Program-made: the position numbers and the translations under genes
Part shown: one piece after another, positions 51,707 through 58,866 of the stretch
Layout: each line of letters begins with the position of its first letter
Numbering within the stretch: position 1 is the stretch's first letter
Assembly (NCBI GenBank): GCA_016218215.1
Contig: JACREM010000069.1
Span: forward strand, 1-58,866
Origin: Candidatus Gottesmanbacteria bacterium
Lineage (GTDB): Bacteria; Patescibacteriota; Microgenomatia; UBA10105; UBA927
Direction: 5' to 3'
Length of the DNA: 58,866 nt
The notes under the pieces: model-generated
What the model saw: only the letters and a program-made list of their open reading frames with translations
The model's database searches: none
What the model was told of the DNA's origin: nothing

Positions 51707-52772
51707 AGGCGCGTCGAGTGGTGGGGTAGAGCAGACCAGCGAGGATAAGGATTGATCCTAAAATGATAATACCATATGTAGTAGAGGCATCTCCCGAGAT
51801 GGGCATGGCGCTTTGTGTGGAAACGGAGCCTCCGCCTGATGCTACGACGAATGAAGTAGTAGAAGTGAGCTGTTTTCCAGTTTTTGGATCTTGTGCAGAA
51901 ACGATGACATTGTGCGTTCCGGAATCAAGTGCTGTAGTCGGCGTGTAGACCCAGTTGCCGTTTGCATCAGCTGTGACAACAACAGTTTGCGGAGTAGAGT
52001 GTATGGTAATAGTGACTGTAGAACCTGGTGGTGCTTTCCCTTGAAGTGTCGGTTTTGAACTTGAAAGATTGGCGTCTTTTGCGGGAGTAAGAATATTAAG
52101 AGTAGCAGACGACGAGGCCTGGGCACTTCCCGACGCCTGCGGCGTAGGTGAAGGCGTAAGTATTGGTTGTTGAGTTTGAGAAATAGTATTCCCTGAGTTG
52201 GTTGCAGTGTTTGCAGTATTGGCAAGGGATGTTTTTGCCGCGGAACTATCGCCGGTTATAGTAATATTGGCTGGTGTTGATCCGGTGAGTACATTCGTTG
52301 ACCCTTCTCCCAGGCTACCGACAAACGTATTTTGTGCAAGTCGAATTTGAATTGGTCCCTCAGTTTTTTCGAGAGCCTTGAATTTTATGACGGCTGCGGT
52401 GCCAGTGCCGGTGATCGGCGTGCGGCTATTGAGAGCGCCGATGGTGATAGACGCAGATCCACGGTCGACAACCCCCGAAACCAGGATACTTGGGAATAAA
52501 GGGCCATTGGTAATAGTCTGTGCCTCTAGTTTTTGTGGATCAAATACCAGGTGAAGTTCTGCAGCTACTACTTGATTACTCCCTGTATCGATGAGGGTTT
52601 CGAGGGTAAACGTGTCTCCAACTTTTTTTGTGATGCTTGAAGGAGAGAGGGAGAGTGATGTTGCAGGTGCGGCTTTTTTTCGAAGCTCCTGGCTTTGGCC
52701 AGCTAGGAATACAGTCGCCGGAATTGCAACCAGAGCAAACACAATAGAGATAAGCAGGAGTACTTTTTTCAT
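51699..52772 (-). CDS. Surface scaffold-like protein: signal peptide, cohesin-like domain, Ser/Thr linker, Ig-like domain, C-terminal MPISG + TM + RR sorting-type signal
   Basis: Cohesin-like KKVGDTFTLETLIDTGSNQVVAAELHLVFDPQKLEAQTITNGPLFP...TPITGTGTAAVIKFKALEKTEGPIQI. Ig-like GKAPPGSTVTITIHS...ANGNWVYTP. C-terminus AMPISGDASTTYGIIILGSILILAGLLYPTTRRAYG. Start moved to the ATG at 52772 (MKKVLLLISIVF). Confidence 0.65.
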   Translation of the reverse strand: MKKVLLLISIVFALVAIPATVFLAGQSQELRKKAAPATSLSLSPSSITKKVGDTFTLETLIDTGSNQVVAAELHLVFDPQKLEAQTITNGPLFPSILVSGVVDRGSASITIGALNSRTPITGTGTAAVIKFKALEKTEGPIQIRLAQNTFVGSLGEGSTNVLTGSTPANITITGDSSAAKTSLANTANTATNSGNTISQTQQPILTPSPTPQASGSAQASSSATLNILTPAKDANLSSSKPTLQGKAPPGSTVTITIHSTPQTVVVTADANGNWVYTPTTALDSGTHNVIVSAQDPKTGKQLTSTTSFVVASGGGSVSTQSAMPISGDASTTYGIIILGSILILAGLLYPTTRRAYG

Positions 52773-52834
52773 CCTATATATATTATTAGATAGATATGAG
52801 AGAGAAGACAAGAGGGAGAAGTCAAAATTCGGAC

Positions 52835-52862
52835 TTGACAGGGAATTAGCACTCGTTATATA
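52835..52862 (+). promoter_or_regulatory. hrcA-grpE-dnaK promoter (TTGACA - 16 nt - TATATA)
   Basis: TTGACA at 52835-52840. The -10-like TATATA at 52857-52862 lies inside the CIRCE spacer. Confidence 0.55.
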
Positions 52863-52872
52863 GTAGTGCTAA
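52846..52872 (+). promoter_or_regulatory. CIRCE operator (TTAGCACTC-N9-TAGTGCTAA)
   Basis: Matches the CIRCE consensus TTAGCACTC-N9-GAGTGCTAA at 17 of 18 arm positions. Lies 22 nt upstream of the hrcA ATG. Confidence 0.85.
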
Positions 52873-52893
52873 TGTTTGGGAAAAGGTAAAATT

Positions 52894-53628
52894 ATGGATG
52901 AAACTATACATTTATCAGAGAGACAGATAAAGATATTGCAGGCTATTATTGAGGAATACATCACGACCGCAGAACCGGTAGGCAGCGAAACGCTTGAGAA
53001 AAAATACAACCTTGGTGTATCACCTGCGACGATACGAAACGAGATGGTGAGACTTTCTGACATGAAGCTCCTGTCTCAGCCTCATACGTCGTCCGGACGT
53101 TCGCCTACTCCTGTGGCGCTTAAGTATTATGTTGATCATCTTTTAAAGACCAAAGACATATCTGTTTCCGAAGAAGTGGCGCTCAAAGAAAAAATTTGGA
53201 ATTATCGACAGGAGGTGGATAAACTACTTCGGGAAGCGACAAAAATGCTTGCTTTAAAAACAAAAGCTCTTGCGATTACAGCAACAAAAGATGGTGATCT
53301 GTATTACGCAGGTGCGGCAAATATACTAAGCATGCCTGAGTTTTATGATTACGAACTCACGCATCATCTTTTTGAAACACTGGATGAGTCTGATTTTTGG
53401 TGGGCTCTTATGGAACGACAGATCGATCCATTTGACATTCTTCTGGGTGAGGAAGTAGAGAAGCGGGGAACATTGAACCAATGCGGTCTTATTTACTGTA
53501 AATTTACAACACCGCATATGACCGGCGCCATTGGCGTCGTTGGTCCGTCTCGATTAAACTATTCATCTGCAATCCCGCTTGTTCGGTACGTAGGAGGACT
53601 CATCGGTGAATTTGCAAGTGCATGGTAA
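52894..53628 (+). CDS. hrcA: Heat-inducible transcription repressor HrcA (short form)
   Basis: SERQIKILQAIIEEYITTAEPVGSETLEKKYNLGVSPATIRNEMVRLSDMKLLSQPHTSSGRSPT. A CIRCE operator lies immediately upstream. ATG at 52894 preferred over TTG at 52876. Confidence 0.85.
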   Translation: MDETIHLSERQIKILQAIIEEYITTAEPVGSETLEKKYNLGVSPATIRNEMVRLSDMKLLSQPHTSSGRSPTPVALKYYVDHLLKTKDISVSEEVALKEKIWNYRQEVDKLLREATKMLALKTKALAITATKDGDLYYAGAANILSMPEFYDYELTHHLFETLDESDFWWALMERQIDPFDILLGEEVEKRGTLNQCGLIYCKFTTPHMTGAIGVVGPSRLNYSSAIPLVRYVGGLIGEFASAW

Positions 53629-53635
53629 TAGAAAT

Positions 53636-53670
53636 TATAGAGTTTAGGGTTTAGAGTGTAGAGTTTAATA
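53636..53670. repeat. Heptanucleotide array (TATAGAG TTTAGGG TTTAGAG TGTAGAG TTTAATA) between hrcA and grpE
   Basis: It begins 8 nt after the hrcA stop and ends 7 nt before the grpE ATG. Confidence 0.75.
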
Positions 53671-53677
53671 AAAATAT

Positions 53678-54145
53678 ATGAAACAACAGAAACAACCAAC
53701 AGATGATCAGGAAGTAAAAGTTGATGAGAGTGAAGAATGGAAAGGGAAGTACCTGAGAGCCTTGGCTGATTATCAGAATCTTGAAAAACGGACGTATCAG
53801 GAGGCCCAAATAACACGAAAATATGCAAATGAATTTTTGTTGACTCGTCTTCTTTCGGTTTCAGATACATTTGAACGGGCATTGGATCACTTAAAAGACC
53901 AGGGTCTTGGACTTGCAGTAAAAGAATTGCGTTCGGTATTTAGCGAGCACGGCGTGACAAAGATGGAAGTAATAGGCAAGCCGTTTGACCCGATGACCAT
54001 GGAATGCATTGATGTCGTCGATGGGCAAGAGGGGATAGTGATAGAAGAAGTAGCGCCTGGGTATTTGCTCTATGACAAAGTTATTCGGGTAGCTAAGGTG
54101 AACGTAGGAAAGAAAGTAAACCAACCTGCAGGTGATCAAATATAG
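53678..54145 (+). CDS. grpE: Nucleotide exchange factor GrpE
   Basis: KYLRALADYQNLEKRTYQE..., VSDTFERAL, KPFDPMTMECI, GYLLYDKVIRVAKVNV. Confidence 0.9.
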   Translation: MKQQKQPTDDQEVKVDESEEWKGKYLRALADYQNLEKRTYQEAQITRKYANEFLLTRLLSVSDTFERALDHLKDQGLGLAVKELRSVFSEHGVTKMEVIGKPFDPMTMECIDVVDGQEGIVIEEVAPGYLLYDKVIRVAKVNVGKKVNQPAGDQI

Positions 54146-54172
54146 GCATATTTAATTATAAAAGGAGGAAAT

Positions 54173-56101
54173 ATGGCAAAAATAATTGGTATTGATCTTG
54201 GAACAACAAATTCATGTATCGGGGTGATGGAAGGCGGAGCACCGAAGGTGATTTATTCCTCTGAAGGAAGAAACGTGATTCCGTCTGTCGTGGATCCTGT
54301 GAAAAATATCGTAGGAGATGTGGCCAAGCGTCAGATGGTCATGAATCCAAAAACGACTCTATATTCAGTAAAGCGACTCATGGGACGAAAATTTAGCGAC
54401 CCATCGGTTAAAACCGACCTTAAGCTTTTGCCGTATCTTGTGAAATCCGGGAAAAATGACATGGCGCTTGTAGAGGTAGATGGGCGACAGTATACGCCTC
54501 AGGAAATATCTGCAAAGATACTGTCAAGAATAAAAGCAGACGCAGAACACTATCTGGGTGAGCCGGTAAAACAAGCCGTTATTACAGTTCCAGCATATTT
54601 TGATGACAGTCAGCGACAAGCGACAAAGCAAGCAGGAGAGATAGCAGGACTTGAAGTCATGCGTATATTAAATGAGCCTACTGCTGCAGCACTCGCATAT
54701 GGTTTAGACAAAAAAAATGCACACACCATCGCAGTCTACGATCTGGGTGGAGGTACGTTTGATATAAGCGTTCTTGAGCTTGGAGACGGTGTCTATGAGG
54801 TGAAGTCGACCAACGGTGATACCCACCTTGGAGGAGATGATTTTGACAAAAAAATTGTCGATTACATAGCTGAGGAATTTAAAAAAGAAAATGGAGTGGA
54901 TCTACGAAATGATCCTCAAGCACTGCAGCGACTTCGCGATGCGGCAGAAAAGGCAAAAATTGAGCTTTCGTCATCTATGGAAGCGGAGATTAATTTGCCG
55001 TTTGTCACTCAAGGCAAAGCAGGACCACTCCATCTCGTCATGAAGTTGTCACGATCAAAGCTTGAGTCGATTGTCGGAGATCTGATTGCCCGTTCCATTG
55101 AACCCGTAAAAAAGTGTCTGACTGATGCAAAGCTCAAGACCAGTGACATAGACGAGGTGGTGCTCGTCGGAGGTATGACGAGGATGCCCAAGGTCATCGA
55201 AACGGTGAAAGAATTTTTTGGAAAAGATCCGAATCGATCGGTAAATCCTGATGAGGTAGTCGCGCTTGGAGCGGCCGTACAAGCAGGGGTCCTTGCAGGT
55301 GATGTCAAAGATGTCGTTCTTCTTGACGTGACACCATTGACACTTGGAGTAGAAACACTCGGCGGGGTATCGACGCCGCTTATTACGCGAAATACCACGG
55401 TACCGACGAGTAAGATGGAGATATTTTCAACTGCCGCAGATAGCCAGACGTCTGTTGAGATTAATGTGCTTCAGGGTGAACGTCCGATGGCTGGGGACAA
55501 CAAGTCTCTGGGACGATTTGTCCTATCCGGTATCCCTGCTGCACCTCGCGGTGTGCCGCAGATAGAGGTGACGTTTGATATCGATGCATCAGGAATATTA
55601 AACGTAACAGCCAAAGATAAAGCGAGCGGAAAGGTATCGAATATAAAAATAACAGGCTCGACTGGGCTTTCAAAAGACGAGATAGAAAAGATGAAAGCAG
55701 AAGCTGAGGCGCATGCGGCTGAGGATAGCGCGAAAAAAGATCGCATAGAGGCAAAAAACAAAGCAGATAATATGCTCTATGTAGCCGAAAAAACGCTCAA
55801 AGATGCAGGCGAGAAAGCAAAACCGGAAGATAAAACTGCTGTAGAGGAGAAGTCTAAATCTTTGAAAGACATACTTGAGAGCGGGTCTAAGGAAGATCTT
55901 GAAGCTAAAACGAACGAGCTATCGGAGGCAGTGCAAAAAGTCGGCGCAGCGGCGTATGCCGAATCTGGCGGTACTCCGCCTGGGGGAACAGCTCCAGATG
56001 GTGGAGCGCAGGAGCCAGGATCAGATACTGCCGGGTCAGAGCCAAAAGTGGAAGACAAAAAAGAAGAAGGAAAAGTGGAAGAGGGACAGGTAGTGGGTTA
56101 A
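54173..56101 (+). CDS. dnaK: Molecular chaperone DnaK (Hsp70)
   Basis: [45 protein letters not shown] upstream. Confidence 0.97.
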   Translation: MAKIIGIDLGTTNSCIGVMEGGAPKVIYSSEGRNVIPSVVDPVKNIVGDVAKRQMVMNPKTTLYSVKRLMGRKFSDPSVKTDLKLLPYLVKSGKNDMALVEVDGRQYTPQEISAKILSRIKADAEHYLGEPVKQAVITVPAYFDDSQRQATKQAGEIAGLEVMRILNEPTAAALAYGLDKKNAHTIAVYDLGGGTFDISVLELGDGVYEVKSTNGDTHLGGDDFDKKIVDYIAEEFKKENGVDLRNDPQALQRLRDAAEKAKIELSSSMEAEINLPFVTQGKAGPLHLVMKLSRSKLESIVGDLIARSIEPVKKCLTDAKLKTSDIDEVVLVGGMTRMPKVIETVKEFFGKDPNRSVNPDEVVALGAAVQAGVLAGDVKDVVLLDVTPLTLGVETLGGVSTPLITRNTTVPTSKMEIFSTAADSQTSVEINVLQGERPMAGDNKSLGRFVLSGIPAAPRGVPQIEVTFDIDASGILNVTAKDKASGKVSNIKITGSTGLSKDEIEKMKAEAEAHAAEDSAKKDRIEAKNKADNMLYVAEKTLKDAGEKAKPEDKTAVEEKSKSLKDILESGSKEDLEAKTNELSEAVQKVGAAAYAESGGTPPGGTAPDGGAQEPGSDTAGSEPKVEDKKEEGKVEEGQVVG

Positions 56102-56106
56102 TGGAT

Positions 56107-56140
56107 CAATACTACCAATACTACAAATACTACCAATAAG
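56107..56140. repeat. Nonanucleotide array (CAATACTAC x2, AAATACTAC, CAATAAG) just after the dnaK stop
   Basis: It begins 6 nt after the TAA. It is the reverse complement of the ATTGGTAGTATT word seen at 14342-14369. Confidence 0.8.
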
Positions 56141-56150
56141 CCAAAATGGA

Positions 56151-56180
56151 GGGGGCGTGCGTAAGCGCGCCTCTATTCTT
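56151..56180 (+). terminator. Candidate terminator after dnaK
   Basis: GGCGTGC-GTAA-GCGCGCC: GC-rich 7-10 bp stem with one G-U pair, followed by the pyrimidine-rich tract TCTATTCTT. Confidence 0.55.
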
Positions 56181-56223
56181 CATGTGCTCATCATGTGGTA
56201 AAATCATGTGCTAATCTAGATAT

Positions 56224-57129
56224 ATGGCAACAAAAAAAGATTTTTATGAAGTATTAGGTGTTTCTAAATCTGCTACGGCGGACGAGCTCAAACGTGCGTA
56301 TCGTAAACTTGCGCTTGAATGGCATCCTGATCGAAACAAAAAACCTGAAGCAAATACAAAATTTAAAGAAATAAACGAAGCATACGCAGTACTTTCGGAT
56401 GCTAAAAAAAAGCAGCAATACGATCAATTCGGTCATGATGCATTCGCGCCCGGAATGGGTACTGGAGGATGGGGTCAATCCCGCGAAGCGGGATCCGGCT
56501 TCGCCGGACAAGGCCCATTCTCTTATTCTTATTCATCTTCTGGTTCTCCGTTTGGAGAGGGTGATTTTGTCGATCCGTTTGAGATATTTGAACAGTTTTT
56601 TGGCGGTGGATTTTCAGGTGGACGAAGTGCCCGAAAGAGAAGAGAAACATACAGGATTACCATTTCATTTATGGACGCGGTGAACGGGGTGACAAAAGAT
56701 GTGCATCTCCCTCGCGGCCAAGCAGGAGAGGGGTCAATGCAAAAGACAATAAAAATTCCAGCAGGGGTAGATTCTGGATCCCGCATACGATTTGATGAGT
56801 TTGATATTTTAGTTGAGGTTGCAGGCGATAAACGGTTTAAGCGTGAAGGGTCGGATGTCATCTCAGATTTCGAAATTTCTTATCCTGACGCAGTTCTTGG
56901 GACCATCATAGATGTGCCAGGACTTCGTGGAAGCACAAAACTTCGGATCCAGCCTGGAACACAGCCAGGTACGCTCATCCGGCTTCGGGGAAAAGGAATA
57001 CCACACTTACAAGGCAGTGGGTCAGGCGATCAGTATGTGCGTATTCAGATGAAAGTACCATCGCATGTTTCAAGAAAACAAAAAGAGATTATAGAGGCAC
57101 TCAAAAGAGAAATGACGAGCGAAAGTTGA
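56224..57129 (+). CDS. dnaJ: J-domain co-chaperone, class B (DnaJ/CbpA-like, no zinc-finger domain)
   Basis: J domain [33 protein letters not shown], a G/F-rich region and two C-terminal beta domains. The protein contains no cysteine, so the CxxCxGxG zinc finger is absent. Confidence 0.85.
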   Translation: MATKKDFYEVLGVSKSATADELKRAYRKLALEWHPDRNKKPEANTKFKEINEAYAVLSDAKKKQQYDQFGHDAFAPGMGTGGWGQSREAGSGFAGQGPFSYSYSSSGSPFGEGDFVDPFEIFEQFFGGGFSGGRSARKRRETYRITISFMDAVNGVTKDVHLPRGQAGEGSMQKTIKIPAGVDSGSRIRFDEFDILVEVAGDKRFKREGSDVISDFEISYPDAVLGTIIDVPGLRGSTKLRIQPGTQPGTLIRLRGKGIPHLQGSGSGDQYVRIQMKVPSHVSRKQKEIIEALKREMTSES

Positions 57130-57144
57130 CGGTGCCTCAAGAGG

Positions 57145-57153
57145 TGATATAAT
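57145..57153 (+). promoter_or_regulatory. Extended -10 promoter (TGaTATAAT) at the head of the nusA leader
   Basis: TG at 57145-57146 and TATAAT at 57148-57153, 16 nt after the dnaJ stop and 190 nt upstream of the nusA ATG. Confidence 0.5.
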
Positions 57154-57178
57154 AGCCATATTGTAGGGGTTTTTACTA

Positions 57179-57206
57179 GGTGGGAAGAGATACCCGCCTT
57201 TTTTAT
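57179..57206 (+). terminator. Terminator after dnaJ, also a possible attenuator in the nusA leader
   Basis: GGTGGG-AAGAGATA-CCCGCC followed by TTTTTTATT. Lies 25 nt downstream of an extended -10 box. Confidence 0.6.
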
Positions 57207-57220
57207 TAAAAATTAAAGAA

Positions 57221-57330
57221 ACCCGCCGCATCTTGCTTTGCTCCTTAGCTACTTTCGTAGCGCGGTGCAAAGAGCGATTGCTGGCGGGTACAGAGGCCAC
57301 TAGGCTCCCGCGATGACGCGGATCGCCTGT
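57221..57330. other. GC-rich structured element (two stem-loops) upstream of nusA: candidate leader, attenuator or ncRNA
   Basis: Hairpin 1: ACCCGCC (57221-57227) pairs with GGCGGGT (57283-57289), with inner helices CTTTGC/GCAAAG and GCTAC-TTTC-GTAGC. Hairpin 2: CAGAGGC (57291-57297) pairs with GCCTGTG (57324-57330), with inner CCGCG-ATGA-CGCGG. The GC content is well above the surrounding spacer. Confidence 0.4.
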
Positions 57331-57342
57331 GGACACTAGTAT

Positions 57343-58425
57343 ATGCCAGCGATAGTACGAAGTGAATTTGCATTAGCCCTAAACCAGGTAGCCACTGAGC
57401 GTGGTATTGATCCTACTGTGGTCATAGAGACCATTAAAGCTGCAATTCTTGCGGCATACAGAAAAGACTACGGCGGCACAGAACTTGACGCCTATGTCGT
57501 TGAACTAAACGGTGATACGGGTGAGGCAAAGATATCTAAAGACGGAAAAGACATAACCCCTCCGGGGTTTGGCAGAATTGCCGCGCAGACCGCAAAACAA
57601 GTCATCCTCCAACGTATACGAGAAGCCGAGAAGCAGGCGGTTCTTGCTGACTATCAGACAAAAGTCGGCAATATAGTTCCGGGTATGATCCTTCGGTTTG
57701 ACGGACCAAATATCATCGTTGATATCGGTCGGACTCAGGCTATTATGCCTCCACAGGAGCAAAGTCAGGGTGAACGGTATCACCTCAATCAGAGACTGAC
57801 ATTTTATATTGAAGGAATTCGCGAGACGATGCGCGGAAACGAGATTATTGTTTCCAGGGCGCACAAAGGTCTTATTGAAGGATTGTTTAAACGGGAAGTT
57901 CCGGAAGTAGCCCAAGGATCTGTGGAGCTACGAGTAGTAGCGCGTGAAGCCGGTGGTAGAACAAAAATAGCTGTCTATTCGCATCAATCCGGAGTTGATC
58001 CTGTAGGATCCTGTGTCGGACAAAAAGGTATTCGCGTGCAAGCTGTGATTGGAGAGCTTGGCGGAAACGAGAAGGTGGATATCATCCAATGGAGTGATGA
58101 CGCGAAGTTGTTTATTATTGCTGCTCTTGCTCCTGCAAAAGATCTGGATGTACTGTTAGATGAAACTCGGAAATGCGCTGAGGTCATGGTGCCGGATGAT
58201 CAACTCTCTTTGGCCATAGGCCGTGATGGACAAAATGTGAGACTCGCAGCAAAGATCACCGGATGGAAGATTGATATAAAAGGAAAAGGCGGCGTACCTC
58301 CTTCAGTAATTGCAGAAGCTGTGGTAGCTTCGGATGAGTCAAAGGAATCAAGTGAAATACCAAAAGTTGAAGTTGTGGAAAAAAATGACGAAACAGAAAA
58401 ATTACCAGAAAAACAATCTGAATAA
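57343..58425 (+). CDS. nusA: Transcription termination/antitermination factor NusA
   Basis: N-terminal ALNQVATERGIDPTVVIETIKAAILAAYRK, an S1-like region, and KH motifs VGSCVGQKGIRVQAVIGEL and LAIGRDGQNVRLAAKITGWKIDI. Confidence 0.92.
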   Translation: MPAIVRSEFALALNQVATERGIDPTVVIETIKAAILAAYRKDYGGTELDAYVVELNGDTGEAKISKDGKDITPPGFGRIAAQTAKQVILQRIREAEKQAVLADYQTKVGNIVPGMILRFDGPNIIVDIGRTQAIMPPQEQSQGERYHLNQRLTFYIEGIRETMRGNEIIVSRAHKGLIEGLFKREVPEVAQGSVELRVVAREAGGRTKIAVYSHQSGVDPVGSCVGQKGIRVQAVIGELGGNEKVDIIQWSDDAKLFIIAALAPAKDLDVLLDETRKCAEVMVPDDQLSLAIGRDGQNVRLAAKITGWKIDIKGKGGVPPSVIAEAVVASDESKESSEIPKVEVVEKNDETEKLPEKQSE

Positions 58426-58465
58426 ACGAGTATGTATCGAATAATTCAGATCGAACAGAGTAAAA

Positions 58466-58866
58466 ATGACAGATTCGACAACACATATAGCATCCTCTTT
58501 TCGTCCGCCGATCGTTGCGGTTTTAGGGCACGTAGATCACGGTAAGACGACGCTTCTTGATACGATTCGAACTTCTCATGTCGCTCAAGGCGAACATGGT
58601 GGAATAACGCAGCATATCGGTGCATATCAGATTACCCGTAAAACAAAAGAAGGAGCAAGGCAGATATCATTTTTGGATACCCCGGGACATGAAGCGTTTA
58701 AAAAAATGAGAAGCCGAGGGGTAAGTGCTGCAGATATTGCTATCTTAGTCGTTGGGGCTGATGATAGTGTAAAGCCCCAAACACTCGAATCAATAGCGCA
58801 GATAAAAGAAGCCGGAATTCCGATCATAGTCGCTATGAATAAGATGGATCTACAGACGGCAAGTCC
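58466..58866 (+). CDS. infB: Translation initiation factor IF-2 (3-prime partial), beginning directly at the G domain
   Basis: My own translation: [35 protein letters not shown]...[10 protein letters not shown]...[10 protein letters not shown]...AMNKMD. An in-frame TAA at 58442-58444 excludes any longer N-terminus. Confidence 0.9.
   Translation, partial: MTDSTTHIASSFRPPIVAVLGHVDHGKTTLLDTIRTSHVAQGEHGGITQHIGAYQITRKTKEGARQISFLDTPGHEAFKKMRSRGVSAADIAILVVGADDSVKPQTLESIAQIKEAGIPIIVAMNKMDLQTAS

Noticed and set aside
55009-56058. Several minus-strand ORFs (129, 97, 96 and 93 aa) within dnaK
   Set aside because: They are antisense to DnaK, whose frame is unambiguous.
57070-57336. 88-aa minus-strand ORF spanning the dnaJ end and the nusA leader
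   Set aside because: It overlaps the dnaJ 3-prime end, a terminator and the GC-rich hairpins. Its open frame is best explained by the palindromic, GC-rich structure.

Overview
This is a gene-dense, moderately AT-rich bacterial chromosomal fragment with about 58 protein genes. I found no rRNA, tRNA, CRISPR array, transposase or integrase. All calls come from reading the six-frame ORF track and the nucleotide sequence by eye; no database search was run, so domain names are motif-level recognitions.

Content:
- Housekeeping core: valS, tsaD, metG, epmA-efp, groES-groEL, hrcA-grpE-dnaK, dnaJ, nusA-infB, rpsT, murJ, tpiA, pcrA, rmuC and tatD.
- Envelope and surface genes, which are numerous: a polyprenyl-phosphate glycopolymer cluster (22.1-28.8 kb), VanW, an LCP protein, a FemAB pair, a pilN/pilO cluster followed by four surface proteins, and a cohesin / GH39-like hydrolase / dockerin-like / cohesin cassette.
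- Likely origin: the trimmed-down housekeeping proteins (IF-2 without an N-terminal region, DnaJ without a zinc finger, short ValRS, HrcA and PcrA), the lack of biosynthetic genes and the surface-protein load suggest a Patescibacteria/CPR (Microgenomates-like) organism using the standard genetic code. This is inference only.

Most interesting observations:
1. The cellulosome-like cohesin-dockerin cassette at 49.3-52.8 kb. Its dockerin-like module lies in the same frame as the hydrolase but is cut off by two stop codons, and it also follows an ATG-A6 tract that is one nucleotide out of frame.
2. Three surface proteins share a non-canonical C-terminal [ILM]P[VTI]SG + TM sorting-type signal.
3. 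Short tandem heptanucleotide arrays (ATCAAAW, GCTGACN, ATATCCA and similar units) are inserted in frame into essential genes (valS, tsaD, helicase, fem). The same kind of array sits within about 10 nt downstream of seven stop codons.
4. Promoters look leaderless almost throughout: at least 17 genes have an often extended -10 box (TGnTAnnnT) 6-11 nt upstream of the ATG. Only the chaperone genes and a few others have strong Shine-Dalgarno sites.
5. There is a canonical CIRCE operator at hrcA and a compensatory-variant CIRCE at groES.
6. The nusA leader contains a promoter, a terminator and two GC-rich hairpins.
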